Source of the DNA: Gemella sp. 27098_8_92 | Lineage (GTDB): Bacteria; Bacillota; Bacilli; Staphylococcales; Gemellaceae | DNA length: 24,000 nt | Direction of reading: 5' to 3' | Assembly (NCBI RefSeq): GCF_041433685.1 | Contig: NZ_JAPWBZ010000004.1 | Location: 145,280-169,279 of the forward strand | Shown: in pieces, positions 1 to 8,131 of the stretch | How positions within the stretch are numbered: the first letter of the stretch is position 1 | How the letters are laid out: every line of letters begins with the position of its first letter | Position numbers and translations under genes: made by a program | The notes under the pieces: generated by a model | The model's input: only the letters and a program-made list of their open reading frames with translations | Databases searched by the model: none | Told to the model about the DNA's origin: nothing

Positions 1-1358
1 CAATAGTTAATATTGAGTTTTATTTTAACAAATTCGTTCCTCAGATGTTCGCGACGTTGTTCATCGTCTTAAGTTCGTTTATTGTTTATGGTAAAATTCA
101 TATTCTGCTATTTATCGCGATGTTGGTTCTTTATCCATTAATACCTATATCTATTATGGTTATTATTAAAAAATCAAAAAAAGCCAACAAACAAAACTTT
201 AGTGATTTCCTTAGTTTATCAGAAGTTTTCTATGATAGATTATCTGGTTTCACTACTGCAAAAATTTATGGGAAAGAAGATAACGTAGCTGGCGATGTTG
301 ATAATCGTAGTGCCCGTTATAGAAAATCAACAATGGCTCTATTACGCCACCAACTTAACTCAATTAATGTAATGGATGCGATAACTTATGTTTCGATTTT
401 TGTTTTATCTATTATTGCGATTTTCATCGTAAAAGATCAAAAGCTTATCGTCTTTGTTATTGTTGCTACACTTGAGTGTTTTAAACCACTTCGCGCTTTA
501 GGTGGGTTATTCCATATTTCTATGAAAGGAAATGTTGAGTTAGATAATATCTACAAACTTCTTGATTATCCTGAACAAGAAAAAAACCGCAATATTACTC
601 TAACACCTGGGAAAAACATTGTCTTAAGCAATGTAAGTTTTTCTTATAACGAAGATCCTACTCTTAAGGATATTAATATGATTTTTAAACCTAACACAAA
701 AACTGCCCTTGTTGGAGAAAGCGGTAGCGGTAAGTCTACTATTATAAAATTAATACTAGGATTAAATTCTAACTATGCAGGAAGTATTAAATATGACACT
801 TTTGATATAGATACTATTCCAACAAATGAAATGTCTAAGATAGCAACTCTTATTACTAACGATAGCTATCTTGTCCAAGGTTCAATACGATCTCATCTTT
901 CTGTCAACAAACATATTACAGAAGAGGATATGTACAACGCTCTTGAAAAGGTTAATCTAAAAGACTTTGTAATTGAAAATGGTGGTCTTGATTATGAGCT
1001 TAGCTGTGGTGCTGGCAATCTTTCTGGTGGGCAAAAACAACGTTTACTTGCTGCAAAAGCTATTTTGAAAGATAGTTATATCTACATATTAGATGAAGCT
1101 GTTTCTAATATTGATGATTATAGTAAAAAAATTGTTCTTGATGCATTTGATTCAATTAAGGATGGAAAGATTATCGTTGTTATTTCTCACGATTTAGAGA
1201 CAATTACTAATTCTGATAATATTTATGTATTAAAAGATCAAAAAATAATCGAAGAAGGTACCCATGAACAGCTTATAGACCAACCTTCTCTATACAAAAA
1301 ATTATTTAATGATCAACAACAACTAAAAGAAAAATTTTTAGCTAAGGAGGTAGAGTAA
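1..1358 (+). CDS. ABC exporter half-transporter (fused membrane domain + ATPase), CydD-like; 5' end lies outside the window
   Basis: The frame of ORF 45..1358 stays open back to nt 3 with no upstream stop, so the N-terminus is truncated by the window edge. NBD motifs are readable: Walker A GESGSGKST, signature LSGGQKQR, Walker B YILDEA, H-loop ISHD. Hydrophobic membrane segments precede them. Confidence 0.85.
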   Translation, partial: IVNIEFYFNKFVPQMFATLFIVLSSFIVYGKIHILLFIAMLVLYPLIPISIMVIIKKSKKANKQNFSDFLSLSEVFYDRLSGFTTAKIYGKEDNVAGDVDNRSARYRKSTMALLRHQLNSINVMDAITYVSIFVLSIIAIFIVKDQKLIVFVIVATLECFKPLRALGGLFHISMKGNVELDNIYKLLDYPEQEKNRNITLTPGKNIVLSNVSFSYNEDPTLKDINMIFKPNTKTALVGESGSGKSTIIKLILGLNSNYAGSIKYDTFDIDTIPTNEMSKIATLITNDSYLVQGSIRSHLSVNKHITEEDMYNALEKVNLKDFVIENGGLDYELSCGAGNLSGGQKQRLLAAKAILKDSYIYILDEAVSNIDDYSKKIVLDAFDSIKDGKIIVVISHDLETITNSDNIYVLKDQKIIEEGTHEQLIDQPSLYKKLFNDQQQLKEKFLAKEVE

Positions 1359-2965
1359 TGACATCACTAAAACAATTAAAACAACTTTTAGCAATTGCTA
1401 AAGAGTTTAAGCGACCACTTTTACGTGCAACATTGTTCGGAAGTCTAGGACATCTTACTTTAGTAGTATTTACCTATCTTATAGCTTTATTCTTTATAAC
1501 AAAAATCACAACGGTAGCAGCTATTTTATTTATTTTAATATTTGTTCTATCGATACTGAAAGGTCTATTTAGTTATACAGAACAACTACTAAATCACTAT
1601 GTGGCATTTAAAGTTTTACATGCACTACGTATTAAAGTGCTAGATAAATTCAAACGTATTTCTATTGATAGCTTTACAAAAAATACGTCTGGAGATTATA
1701 TGACAATGATTACAACCGATATAGAATTATTAGAGGTGTTCTATGCTCATACTATTACACCGTTTCTAATTTATATCGCTCAAAGCTTGGTTGTTAGTAT
1801 ATTTTTACTATTTTTTAGCGTAAAACTTGCACTTGTTGCTTTGTTTATTTATATCGTTATTGGATTGGTTTATCCTCTTACTTTTCGTAATAAGGGGCAA
1901 GAAGTTGGCGAGGCTTATCGTCGCAAACTAACGGTCGTTAATAACAATTCTTCTGAACAAGCCTATGGTATTTTTGAAGCTCTTCAATATGATAAAATCA
2001 AAGAGGAAAAAGCTAATATCCGCATGGAAACAGAAGAATTAACCCATAGTTCTTACATCAAAAATAAGTTCTTGATAGATTTAAATACTTTAAACGTTAT
2101 TACTTACAATTTTGGAGTGCTTGGTTTTATTTACCTCGCTACAACGCTTGGTAACCCTAATACAACTATCGCCCTTAGTGCAATGTTTATCGTATCATTT
2201 ATTCCTATCTTGTATATGGGGAATCTTGCTTCTACTCTAAGTCAAACTATGGCGAGTGGAAAGAGATTTTTAGAACTTATGAATACACCAGAAGAGCCAG
2301 AGAACACTGGACAAATCGTTGATTTTAAAGAGTTAAAAGTAGATAATCTTACTTATAGTTATAACGGTTCTAACGTTGTTGAAAATCTAAGTTTTTCTGC
2401 AAAACGTGGTGAAATCATCGGTATTAGCGGACCAAGCGGCTGCGGTAAATCAACAGTTGCAAAACTCATTATGAAATTTATCTCTGATGAGAATATGGAT
2501 GGTAATATTACTATTGATAATATAGACTTACGCGATATAGATAGCCGCTTCTTTAGAGAAAATAGTTCGATAATCTTACAAGATAGCTATCTATTCAACG
2601 CCTCAATCAAAAATAATATCAGCTTCTTTGACAAAGATATTTACAAAGAGCGCTTAGCTGATTCACTTAAACACACTAACCTTAAAAATTTCGTCGATAA
2701 CTTACGCCGTCGCGAAAACGAGATTGTTGGTGAACGTAGTTCTAATATCAGCTCTGGACAAAAACAACGTCTTTCAGTTGCTCGTTCGTTCTATAATGAA
2801 AGTAAACTTTTGATACTAGATGAGGCAACAGCAAACATTGATATTTTCAGTGAAATCGAGCTCTTAAAAGCATTAGAAGCAGAAAAAGAAGATAAGATTA
2901 CTATTATTATCTCACACAACAAATCTACCTTATCAATTTGTGATAAGATAATTAAATTGGGATAA
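1358..2965 (+). CDS. ABC exporter half-transporter (fused membrane domain + ATPase), CydC-like partner
   Basis: 535 aa with an N-terminal six-helix-type hydrophobic domain. Walker A GPSGCGKST, signature SSGQKQR, Walker B LILDEA, H-loop ISHN. SD AAGGAGG at 1344-1350. The start overlaps the upstream stop as TAATG (1356-1360), which suggests translational coupling and a heterodimeric pair. Confidence 0.85.
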   Translation: MTSLKQLKQLLAIAKEFKRPLLRATLFGSLGHLTLVVFTYLIALFFITKITTVAAILFILIFVLSILKGLFSYTEQLLNHYVAFKVLHALRIKVLDKFKRISIDSFTKNTSGDYMTMITTDIELLEVFYAHTITPFLIYIAQSLVVSIFLLFFSVKLALVALFIYIVIGLVYPLTFRNKGQEVGEAYRRKLTVVNNNSSEQAYGIFEALQYDKIKEEKANIRMETEELTHSSYIKNKFLIDLNTLNVITYNFGVLGFIYLATTLGNPNTTIALSAMFIVSFIPILYMGNLASTLSQTMASGKRFLELMNTPEEPENTGQIVDFKELKVDNLTYSYNGSNVVENLSFSAKRGEIIGISGPSGCGKSTVAKLIMKFISDENMDGNITIDNIDLRDIDSRFFRENSSIILQDSYLFNASIKNNISFFDKDIYKERLADSLKHTNLKNFVDNLRRRENEIVGERSSNISSGQKQRLSVARSFYNESKLLILDEATANIDIFSEIELLKALEAEKEDKITIIISHNKSTLSICDKIIKLG

Positions 2966-3003
2966 AAAAGAAGGTATAGGTTTTTAACCTATACCTTTTT
3001 AAG
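2965..3003. terminator. Bidirectional rho-independent terminator between convergent genes
   Basis: Perfect 10-bp stem AAGGTATAGG (2971-2980) / CCTATACCTT (2988-2997). It is flanked by an A-run on the left and a T-run on the right. Confidence 0.7.
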
Positions 3004-3648
3004 TTATATTGTCCAAAATTTATATATTTGGCGCTCTATCACATCTAAATCATGTTCTTCTGTTTCGCAGATAACTCCATCAAAGACGATGAATCTCTGA
3101 ATAAAATATGTAATTAACGCTCCCGAAACAGGTCTCATTATTTCAGGTAATGTCAATTCTTTATTGATTTCTGGATTATTCTGTTTTACACATTCGAAAA
3201 ACTCATCCAATCTTCTTTCTTTAAAGACTTCTTCTGCACCTATAATTATCTTTTGTTTTAGCTGTTCATTAGTTAATACTTCCGAGAAAATAATCTTTAT
3301 AATATCTTTATTTTCTTTCATAAATCTAAAACGATCTCTCACTATATAATGAATAATTTCTTTAACAGTTATAGTATTAATATTTTTTACCCTACCTAAA
3401 AAATTTGAGAATAATTTTGGGATAATTGGTGCGATTATTGAGCTAAGTAAGTCTTCTTTTGTCTTAAAGTATTTGAACACTGTCGCTTGACTTACCCCAG
3501 CAGCTTTTGCTATTTCTAGTGTTGAAGTCCCGTTATAACCTTTTTTACCAAATAATATTATGGCTGCTTCTAATGTTTTTTTCTTACCAGGAGGCATATC
3601 TCCTTCGGATATTAAATCCAAAGATGATTTCAATATATTTTCTACCAT
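3004..3648 (-). CDS. TetR/AcrR family transcriptional regulator
   Basis: N-terminal TetR-type HTH: TLEAAIILFGKKGYNGTSTLEIAKAAGVSQATVFKYFKTKEDLL. SD GGAAGGAG lies upstream. It is the last gene of the ABC operon, 23 nt after the permease stop. Confidence 0.9.
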   Translation of the reverse strand: MVENILKSSLDLISEGDMPPGKKKTLEAAIILFGKKGYNGTSTLEIAKAAGVSQATVFKYFKTKEDLLSSIIAPIIPKLFSNFLGRVKNINTITVKEIIHYIVRDRFRFMKENKDIIKIIFSEVLTNEQLKQKIIIGAEEVFKERRLDEFFECVKQNNPEINKELTLPEIMRPVSGALITYFIQRFIVFDGVICETEEHDLDVIERQIYKFWTI

Positions 3649-3671
3649 TTGTTTCTCCTTCCTATTTCTTT

Positions 3672-4754
3672 TTAAACTTTTCTATAGCGTTTCAATCCTA
3701 TTATATTTAACGTAATTAAAACTACAAAAAAGATCGTTAAGATTATAATATCCCCTTTTATATCTAATAGTGTTTTCCCTTCTAAAATAATTTTACTTAA
3801 TCCATCTCCGCTATAAGTTACAGGTAAAACTTTACTTATATATACTGCTACTTTCCCCATATTTTCAACAGGAACAATACCACTAAAGAACATCTGCGGT
3901 ATAATTACTAATGGTATAAACTGCATAACTTGAAACTCTGATTTCGCGGCTGTCGATAGAAGCATACCTAGTGCCAATGCTCCAAGTGCTAGCAGCATAT
4001 TCACTATTATCACATAAACCAAACTTCCCGCAACTTCTATTTTTAGCAGGTATATAGCAGACAATGTAATAACAATAGTTTGCATTATTGCAAGAATTCC
4101 ATAAGAAATAGTGTAGCCGAAAATAATTTCACTTCTTTTTACCGGTGTTGCTAGTAATCTATCTAATGTTCCACTCGTACGTTCTTTTAGTAAAGCTATA
4201 CCAGAGATTAAAAACACAAAGAAAAATGATATATATCCGATTACTATCGGTGCTATCTTATTGAAAAATGTCGTATCTCCACTTCCATAATTATAACTCT
4301 CTGTTATCTCTGGTTTTTGTTTAGTTAGCGCTAGATTTGGATTAACTTTTTGTATAGTTTCTATAAATCCTTTTATCTCTGCGCCGGTTAGACTAGCTTT
4401 TAAGACTTGGCGAGCTTGGGTAGTTTTTACAGAATCAATATTCGCATATGTTACTTCATACTTATTATCTTTATAATATATTATCGTATCAAACTGTCCA
4501 TCTTTTAATTTTTTCTCCGCTTCTTCTTTTGTAGTTATACCTTCTAAACTAACATTATCTACATTTTTCATAACCTCTTCTACTTTTGTCGGTACATCTA
4601 CCGCACCAATGCGGACATTTTCTGTTGTATCGGCTGAAAAAACTATATTTAACAGCCACATTATAAGTATCGGAGCAATAAACATCAATGCAAAAGTTCT
4701 CTTATCCCTAAGCAACTCTTTAAAAACTTTTTTAGCAATAGCTATTGTTCTCAT
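3672..4754 (-). CDS. ABC-2 type transporter permease
   Basis: 360 aa. One N-terminal TM, a roughly 150-aa extracytoplasmic segment, then five or six C-terminal TM helices, which is the ABC-2 layout. It directly follows the ATPase gene with a 1-nt gap. Confidence 0.85.
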   Translation of the reverse strand: MRTIAIAKKVFKELLRDKRTFALMFIAPILIMWLLNIVFSADTTENVRIGAVDVPTKVEEVMKNVDNVSLEGITTKEEAEKKLKDGQFDTIIYYKDNKYEVTYANIDSVKTTQARQVLKASLTGAEIKGFIETIQKVNPNLALTKQKPEITESYNYGSGDTTFFNKIAPIVIGYISFFFVFLISGIALLKERTSGTLDRLLATPVKRSEIIFGYTISYGILAIMQTIVITLSAIYLLKIEVAGSLVYVIIVNMLLALGALALGMLLSTAAKSEFQVMQFIPLVIIPQMFFSGIVPVENMGKVAVYISKVLPVTYSGDGLSKIILEGKTLLDIKGDIIILTIFFVVLITLNIIGLKRYRKV

Positions 4755-4755
4755 T

Positions 4756-5472
4756 TTATTTTACCTCCGTTTTTAAAAACACATCTTCAATAGTATCTAC
4801 ATTATTCTTTTCTTTTAGGTTTTTAGGGGTATCAAAGGCAATTATTTTCCCACCTAAAAGAAGCCCTACCTTATTGCAAAGTTCCGCTTCATCCATAACA
4901 TGAGTAGTAATCAAAATACCCACGCCATTGTCGCGTTGTTTATAAAGTTCTCTCCAAATTTTTCTTCGCAAAGCAGGATCTATACCTACGGTTGGTTCAT
5001 CTAATACTAATAACTTCGGTTCTCCTAATAGTGCAATCGCCAAAGATAAGCGACGTTTCATCCCACCAGAATAATTTTCCACTTGCTTTTTCAAGTCTGC
5101 CGATAAATCTACCACTTCTGCGACATAACTTATTTCTTCTTTTAATTTTTCTCCTTTAAGGTTTTTCATCTTCCCAAAAAATTCTAAGTTTTCATAACCG
5201 GTCAATGCTTCATATAGCGCGTCACTTTGCGCCATATAACCTATATCTCCCAATATCTTTCTTTCTGGCATTATTTTATCTAACACGAGTGCCTTTCCCA
5301 TATCTGCTTTTTCCATACCTAACATAGTTTTTATCAATGTAGATTTCCCCGATCCGCTCGGTCCTATTAAGCCTATTATCTCAGATTTTTTTAGCTGAAA
5401 ATCTATATTATCCAAAACCTTTTGTTGACCAAAACTCTTACTAAGTTGCATTATATCTATAAACTTCTCCAT
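4756..5472 (-). CDS. ABC transporter ATP-binding protein (ABC-2 / drug-exporter type)
   Basis: Walker A GPSGSGKST, signature YSGGMKRRLSLA, Walker B LLVLDEPT, H-loop TTHVMDEA. Confidence 0.9.
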   Translation of the reverse strand: MEKFIDIMQLSKSFGQQKVLDNIDFQLKKSEIIGLIGPSGSGKSTLIKTMLGMEKADMGKALVLDKIMPERKILGDIGYMAQSDALYEALTGYENLEFFGKMKNLKGEKLKEEISYVAEVVDLSADLKKQVENYSGGMKRRLSLAIALLGEPKLLVLDEPTVGIDPALRRKIWRELYKQRDNGVGILITTHVMDEAELCNKVGLLLGGKIIAFDTPKNLKEKNNVDTIEDVFLKTEVK

Positions 5473-5519
5473 ATTAATAACCCTTTCGTTATTTTATATA
5501 AAATTATTTTGTTTTAACA

Positions 5520-5535
5520 GTGAGTAGACACTCAC
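5520..5535. promoter_or_regulatory. Palindromic operator O2 (GTGAGT-N4-ACTCAC) in the leader of the ABC/TetR operon
   Basis: GTGAGTAGACACTCAC has perfect 6-bp arms. It sits 48 nt upstream of the ATPase start codon. The same arms recur at 5661-5676. Confidence 0.55.
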
Positions 5536-5654
5536 CTTTGTTTTGAAAAATTTTTGACTTTAGTTTTTTAATAGCTCTAAAATCAAATCATTTTAAATAT
5601 CTTCTCAATAACAATTAAATTTATTATCAAAACTTATATCTATTTTCTACTTTT

Positions 5655-5683
5655 AGTATAGTGAGTAATCACTCACTTGTCAA
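5655..5683 (-). promoter_or_regulatory. Sigma-A type promoter of the ABC/TetR operon, with operator O1 (5661-5676) filling the spacer
   Basis: The minus strand reads TTGACA-agtgagtgattactcac-TATACT, a 17-nt spacer. The spacer holds the palindrome GTGAGT-GATT-ACTCAC. Confidence 0.65.
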
Positions 5684-5751
5684 GTGATAAATTAAATTAT
5701 AGGTATTATTTCTTTATTCAACCATTGTAGATTCATCCTCTATCTCATAAC

Positions 5752-5837
5752 AAAAAAACAATCTCAAGTATCGCGTAACTTTATCAACAAGATTTTTTTC
5801 AAAACTTGTCAGTTAGTTAAGATACTCAAGATTGTTT
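5752..5837 (-). terminator. Long-loop inverted repeat plus T-run downstream of the 5854..6375 gene (probable terminator/insulator)
   Basis: AAACAATCTCAAGTATC (5756-5772) and GATACTCAAGATTGTTT (5821-5837) are inverted repeats with two central mismatches. On the minus strand a T7 run follows them (plus-strand A-run 5752-5758). Confidence 0.4.
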
Positions 5838-5853
5838 TATATATTTTCAGATA

Positions 5854-6375
5854 TTATTTATTCTCTGTAATATTTACAGTTATTTCACCTTTACTATTGC
5901 GTCCTAGTGTGTATGAATAACCTTTTTTATTTTCTTTTATTAAACGAGCAATTTCTGCTTCTGCATATTTTTTAGCTTCTTCTGAAGTTTTGAATGCTCC
6001 AGATGTCGTTGTTGAAGGTGTTTTGTCATCTTTCTTATCACTTGAATTGTTATTGCTACTATTATTTGTACGTCTATTATTTGATGTAGTGTTGTTATTA
6101 GATGATTTATTTGCAGATGAGTTAGAATTTTGACTTTCACGATATTTTTCTTCATCACTTTTAGCTTTAGATGTTGATGATTTTGAATCATCGTTATCAT
6201 CTCTATCTTTTTTATCCTTATCTTTTGATTTAGATGTCGATGTCGTGTTGTTATCTTTTTTCTTACTTGCATTATCTCCACCTGAGAAATAGCTAATTGT
6301 TAAAAATAAAGCACTACATAAAAATATCGCTAGAACAATTCCCCATAATACTTTTAGTAATCTATTATCTTTCAT
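5854..6375 (-). CDS. Membrane-anchored protein with a long S/N/D/K-rich low-complexity linker and a small C-terminal domain (paralog A)
   Basis: N-terminal anchor MKDNRLLKVLWGIVLAIFLCSALFLTISYFSGGD, about 90 aa of low complexity, then FKTSEEAKKYAEAEIARLIKENKK. It is a clear paralog of 10915..11433. Confidence 0.7.
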   Translation of the reverse strand: MKDNRLLKVLWGIVLAIFLCSALFLTISYFSGGDNASKKKDNNTTSTSKSKDKDKKDRDDNDDSKSSTSKAKSDEEKYRESQNSNSSANKSSNNNTTSNNRRTNNSSNNNSSDKKDDKTPSTTTSGAFKTSEEAKKYAEAEIARLIKENKKGYSYTLGRNSKGEITVNITENK

Positions 6376-6620
6376 TTTTTATCAATCCTTTGTTTTTTTA
6401 TATTAATATTATAATACTCTTTTGAAAAATTTTCTACTATTTTTCTCACTATTTGCTTAATATAAGCTTAACATAGTTACATTAAGTTTAATTAAAAACT
6501 TATCTATAAAATCTCTTACCCAAAATTTATTTTTCATGAGAAAAAACCCTATTTTTTTCGATACATTTAGTGTCAGAGGCCAAAGACAAATAAAAAATAA
6601 ATACAAAGGAGATTTTTATT

Positions 6621-6815
6621 ATGAAATTACTTAAAAAAACATTACATTTAAACTATTCAGAGCCGAAAGGCGACAAACAAGTTGTTAAAAGTTATTCATT
6701 CAATGTTAACGCTGATACTGATGACACTAAACTTAAAGAAGTAGGCGACGAAATCGCGAAATTAGTATCTAAAAACATTGATAATACTACAATTAATACT
6801 AAATCACTAATTTAA
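6621..6815 (+). CDS. DUF1659-like small protein
   Basis: 64 aa with SD AAGGAG 9 nt upstream. The pattern L.L.Y....G....KSYSF.NV..D..D..L.EVGD.I..L fits my recollection of DUF1659 proteins. It sits in the usual position, directly upstream of a DUF2922 gene. Confidence 0.6.
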   Translation: MKLLKKTLHLNYSEPKGDKQVVKSYSFNVNADTDDTKLKEVGDEIAKLVSKNIDNTTINTKSLI

Positions 6816-6830
6816 TAGAGGAGAATTATT

Positions 6831-7043
6831 ATGGAAAAAACATTAAATATTTTTTTTACAACTACAAATAAAAAAACTTATCATATTTCTTTAGCTCATC
6901 CTAAAGATAGTTTAACTAAAGAAGTTATCCAAGGTGTCGCTCAAAAAATTATTGACGCACAATGCTTTAACAGCGATAAACACACACTTGTCGCTTTCAA
7001 AAAAGCAACTTATGTAACTCGTGAAGAAAACGAGATTCTATAA
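6831..7043 (+). CDS. DUF2922-like small protein
   Basis: 70 aa with SD GAGGAG. MEKTLNIFFTTTNKKTYHISLAHPKDSLTKEVIQGVAQKII...ATYVTREENEIL follows the DUF2922 pattern (KTL.L.F.T..GK...I.....K..L....V...M..II). Confidence 0.65.
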   Translation: MEKTLNIFFTTTNKKTYHISLAHPKDSLTKEVIQGVAQKIIDAQCFNSDKHTLVAFKKATYVTREENEIL

Positions 7044-7050
7044 TTAAGCA

Positions 7051-7082
7051 AAAAAGGTGCGATATCTATCGTACCTTTTTTA
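7051..7082 (+). terminator. Rho-independent terminator after the DUF2922 gene
   Basis: The stem pairs 7054-7063 with 7068-7077 (AAGGTGCGAT / ATCGTACCTT, one G.U pair). The loop is 4 nt and a T-run follows. Confidence 0.65.
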
Positions 7083-7145
7083 TGCGTATATTATTCTCTA
7101 GAAAAGTATTAAAGAAAAAATCATAAATTCTAAGGAGGGGTTTTT

Positions 7146-7298
7146 ATGGATATTTTGAATTTTATCAACACCGTAGGTTTCCCTATTTTTGTTGCTGTTT
7201 TTTTCTTATTAAAACTAGATAAAACTCTGCAAAATATTGGGAAAAGTGTAAATGATTTAACCGAAATCATCAAAATAAAACTTAACGCTAAAGACTAA
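7146..7298 (+). CDS. YvrJ-family small membrane protein (50 aa), absent from the supplied ORF track
   Basis: My own translation: MDILNFINTVGFPIFVAVFFLLKLDKTLQNIGKSVNDLTEIIKIKLNAKD*. Strong SD TAAGGAGGGG at 7131-7140, 5 nt before the ATG. It has one TM helix then an amphipathic tail. The N-terminal ...NVGFPI...FLL...L motif resembles YvrJ. Confidence 0.6.
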   Translation: MDILNFINTVGFPIFVAVFFLLKLDKTLQNIGKSVNDLTEIIKIKLNAKD

Positions 7299-7395
7299 TT
7301 TCTTAGACTTAGTCACAATCAACTTACAAAATTATATTTTTGTGGGTACTTTATTTTTCTATTAGTAAACTTATTATTCGATAAGGAGGCATATT

Positions 7396-8073
7396 ATGGC
7401 AACTCAACAAACAATGGTTAATTGGGCAAAAGATCAAATTTATAAATGGATAGATATGGATGGTGCTTATGGAGCACAGTGCGTCGACTTAATTATGGCT
7501 TACATCAAAAACTTCGCAAACTTTCGTGTATCTGGTAACGCCATTGACTACTTGACAAACACTCTTCCTAATGGGTGGCGCCGATATCGTAAAGGAGAAG
7601 ACACCATTGCCCCTGGTGATATCGCAATATGGCATTGGGGCGCATGGGATAAATACGGACACATCGGTATTGTTATTGATGTTCGTAGTAATATTATTAC
7701 TTCTGTCGAACAAAACGTTGACGGCACCCCAGAGCATGGTGGCGCAGCAAAAATTATGGCGCGCGATGATACTTATCTTGTAGGTTTTATCCGCCCATCT
7801 TATGATACTGATGAAAGTTGGACAAGAATACCTGAACAAGGAAGATTTATAGTTGAAGTCACAGAAATTAACGTTCGAACAAAACCTAGTATTTTTAGTC
7901 AAAAAGTCGACTCTTACACTGCTGGAGAAAAGGTTTTTTACGACAGTTATGTTATCAATGAAGGGCTAATTTGGATTAGTTATATTTCTTACAAAGGAGA
8001 ACGTCACTACCTCGCTACAGGTGCTTGTAAAAATGGACAAAGAATAAGCAACTGGGGACGATTTTTGCAATAA
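7396..8073 (+). CDS. CHAP-domain peptidoglycan hydrolase with C-terminal SH3b (SH3_5-like) wall-binding domain; phage-endolysin architecture, no signal peptide
   Basis: The CHAP catalytic Cys context is DGAYGAQCVDLI and the His context is GHIGIVI, similar to the staphylococcal LysK CHAP domain. The C-terminus ...WISYISYKGERHYLATGACKNGQRISNWGRF resembles the SH3b of PlySs2-type lysins. SD AAGGAGG at 7385-7391. Confidence 0.9.
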   Translation: MATQQTMVNWAKDQIYKWIDMDGAYGAQCVDLIMAYIKNFANFRVSGNAIDYLTNTLPNGWRRYRKGEDTIAPGDIAIWHWGAWDKYGHIGIVIDVRSNIITSVEQNVDGTPEHGGAAKIMARDDTYLVGFIRPSYDTDESWTRIPEQGRFIVEVTEINVRTKPSIFSQKVDSYTAGEKVFYDSYVINEGLIWISYISYKGERHYLATGACKNGQRISNWGRFLQ

Positions 8074-8095
8074 TTCATATATAATCATGTGAAAC

Positions 8096-8131
8096 AAAAA
8101 AAGAAAGATACTCTTACCTATCTTTCTTTTT
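8096..8131. terminator. Rho-independent terminator after the lysin gene (bidirectional flanks)
   Basis: Stem AAGAAAGATA (8101-8110) / TATCTTTCTT (8119-8128) with an 8-nt loop. An A-run precedes it and a T-run follows. Confidence 0.75.

Noticed and set aside
3164-3710. Plus-strand ORFs 3164..3349 and 3507..3710
   Set aside because: They are antisense to the well-supported TetR gene and the end of the permease gene. Their products are low-complexity and hydrophobic, and neither has an SD.
5554-5583. Plus-strand TTGACT-18 nt-TAAAAT promoter-like sequence in the ABC operon leader
   Set aside because: There is no plus-strand gene downstream, so it would only produce antisense RNA to the 5854..6375 gene. 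Such matches are frequent in AT-rich DNA.
5940-6281. 113-aa ORF nested in another frame of the same strand inside the low-complexity gene 5854..6375
   Set aside because: It is a by-product of repetitive A/T-rich codons in the low-complexity linker. It has no SD, and the outer ORF has the anchor, the SD and a paralog.
7489-7902. ORFs 7489..7902 (-) and 7571..7783 (+) overlapping the CHAP lysin gene
   Set aside because: They lie entirely inside a gene with clear catalytic motifs. Their products have no recognisable features.
6621-8131. Interpretation of the lysin region as a prophage or prophage lysis module
   Set aside because: There are no integrase, repressor, terminase, capsid, tail or att-like repeats anywhere in the window. 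The flanks are ordinary chromosomal genes bounded by terminators. A very old scar cannot be excluded without comparative data.
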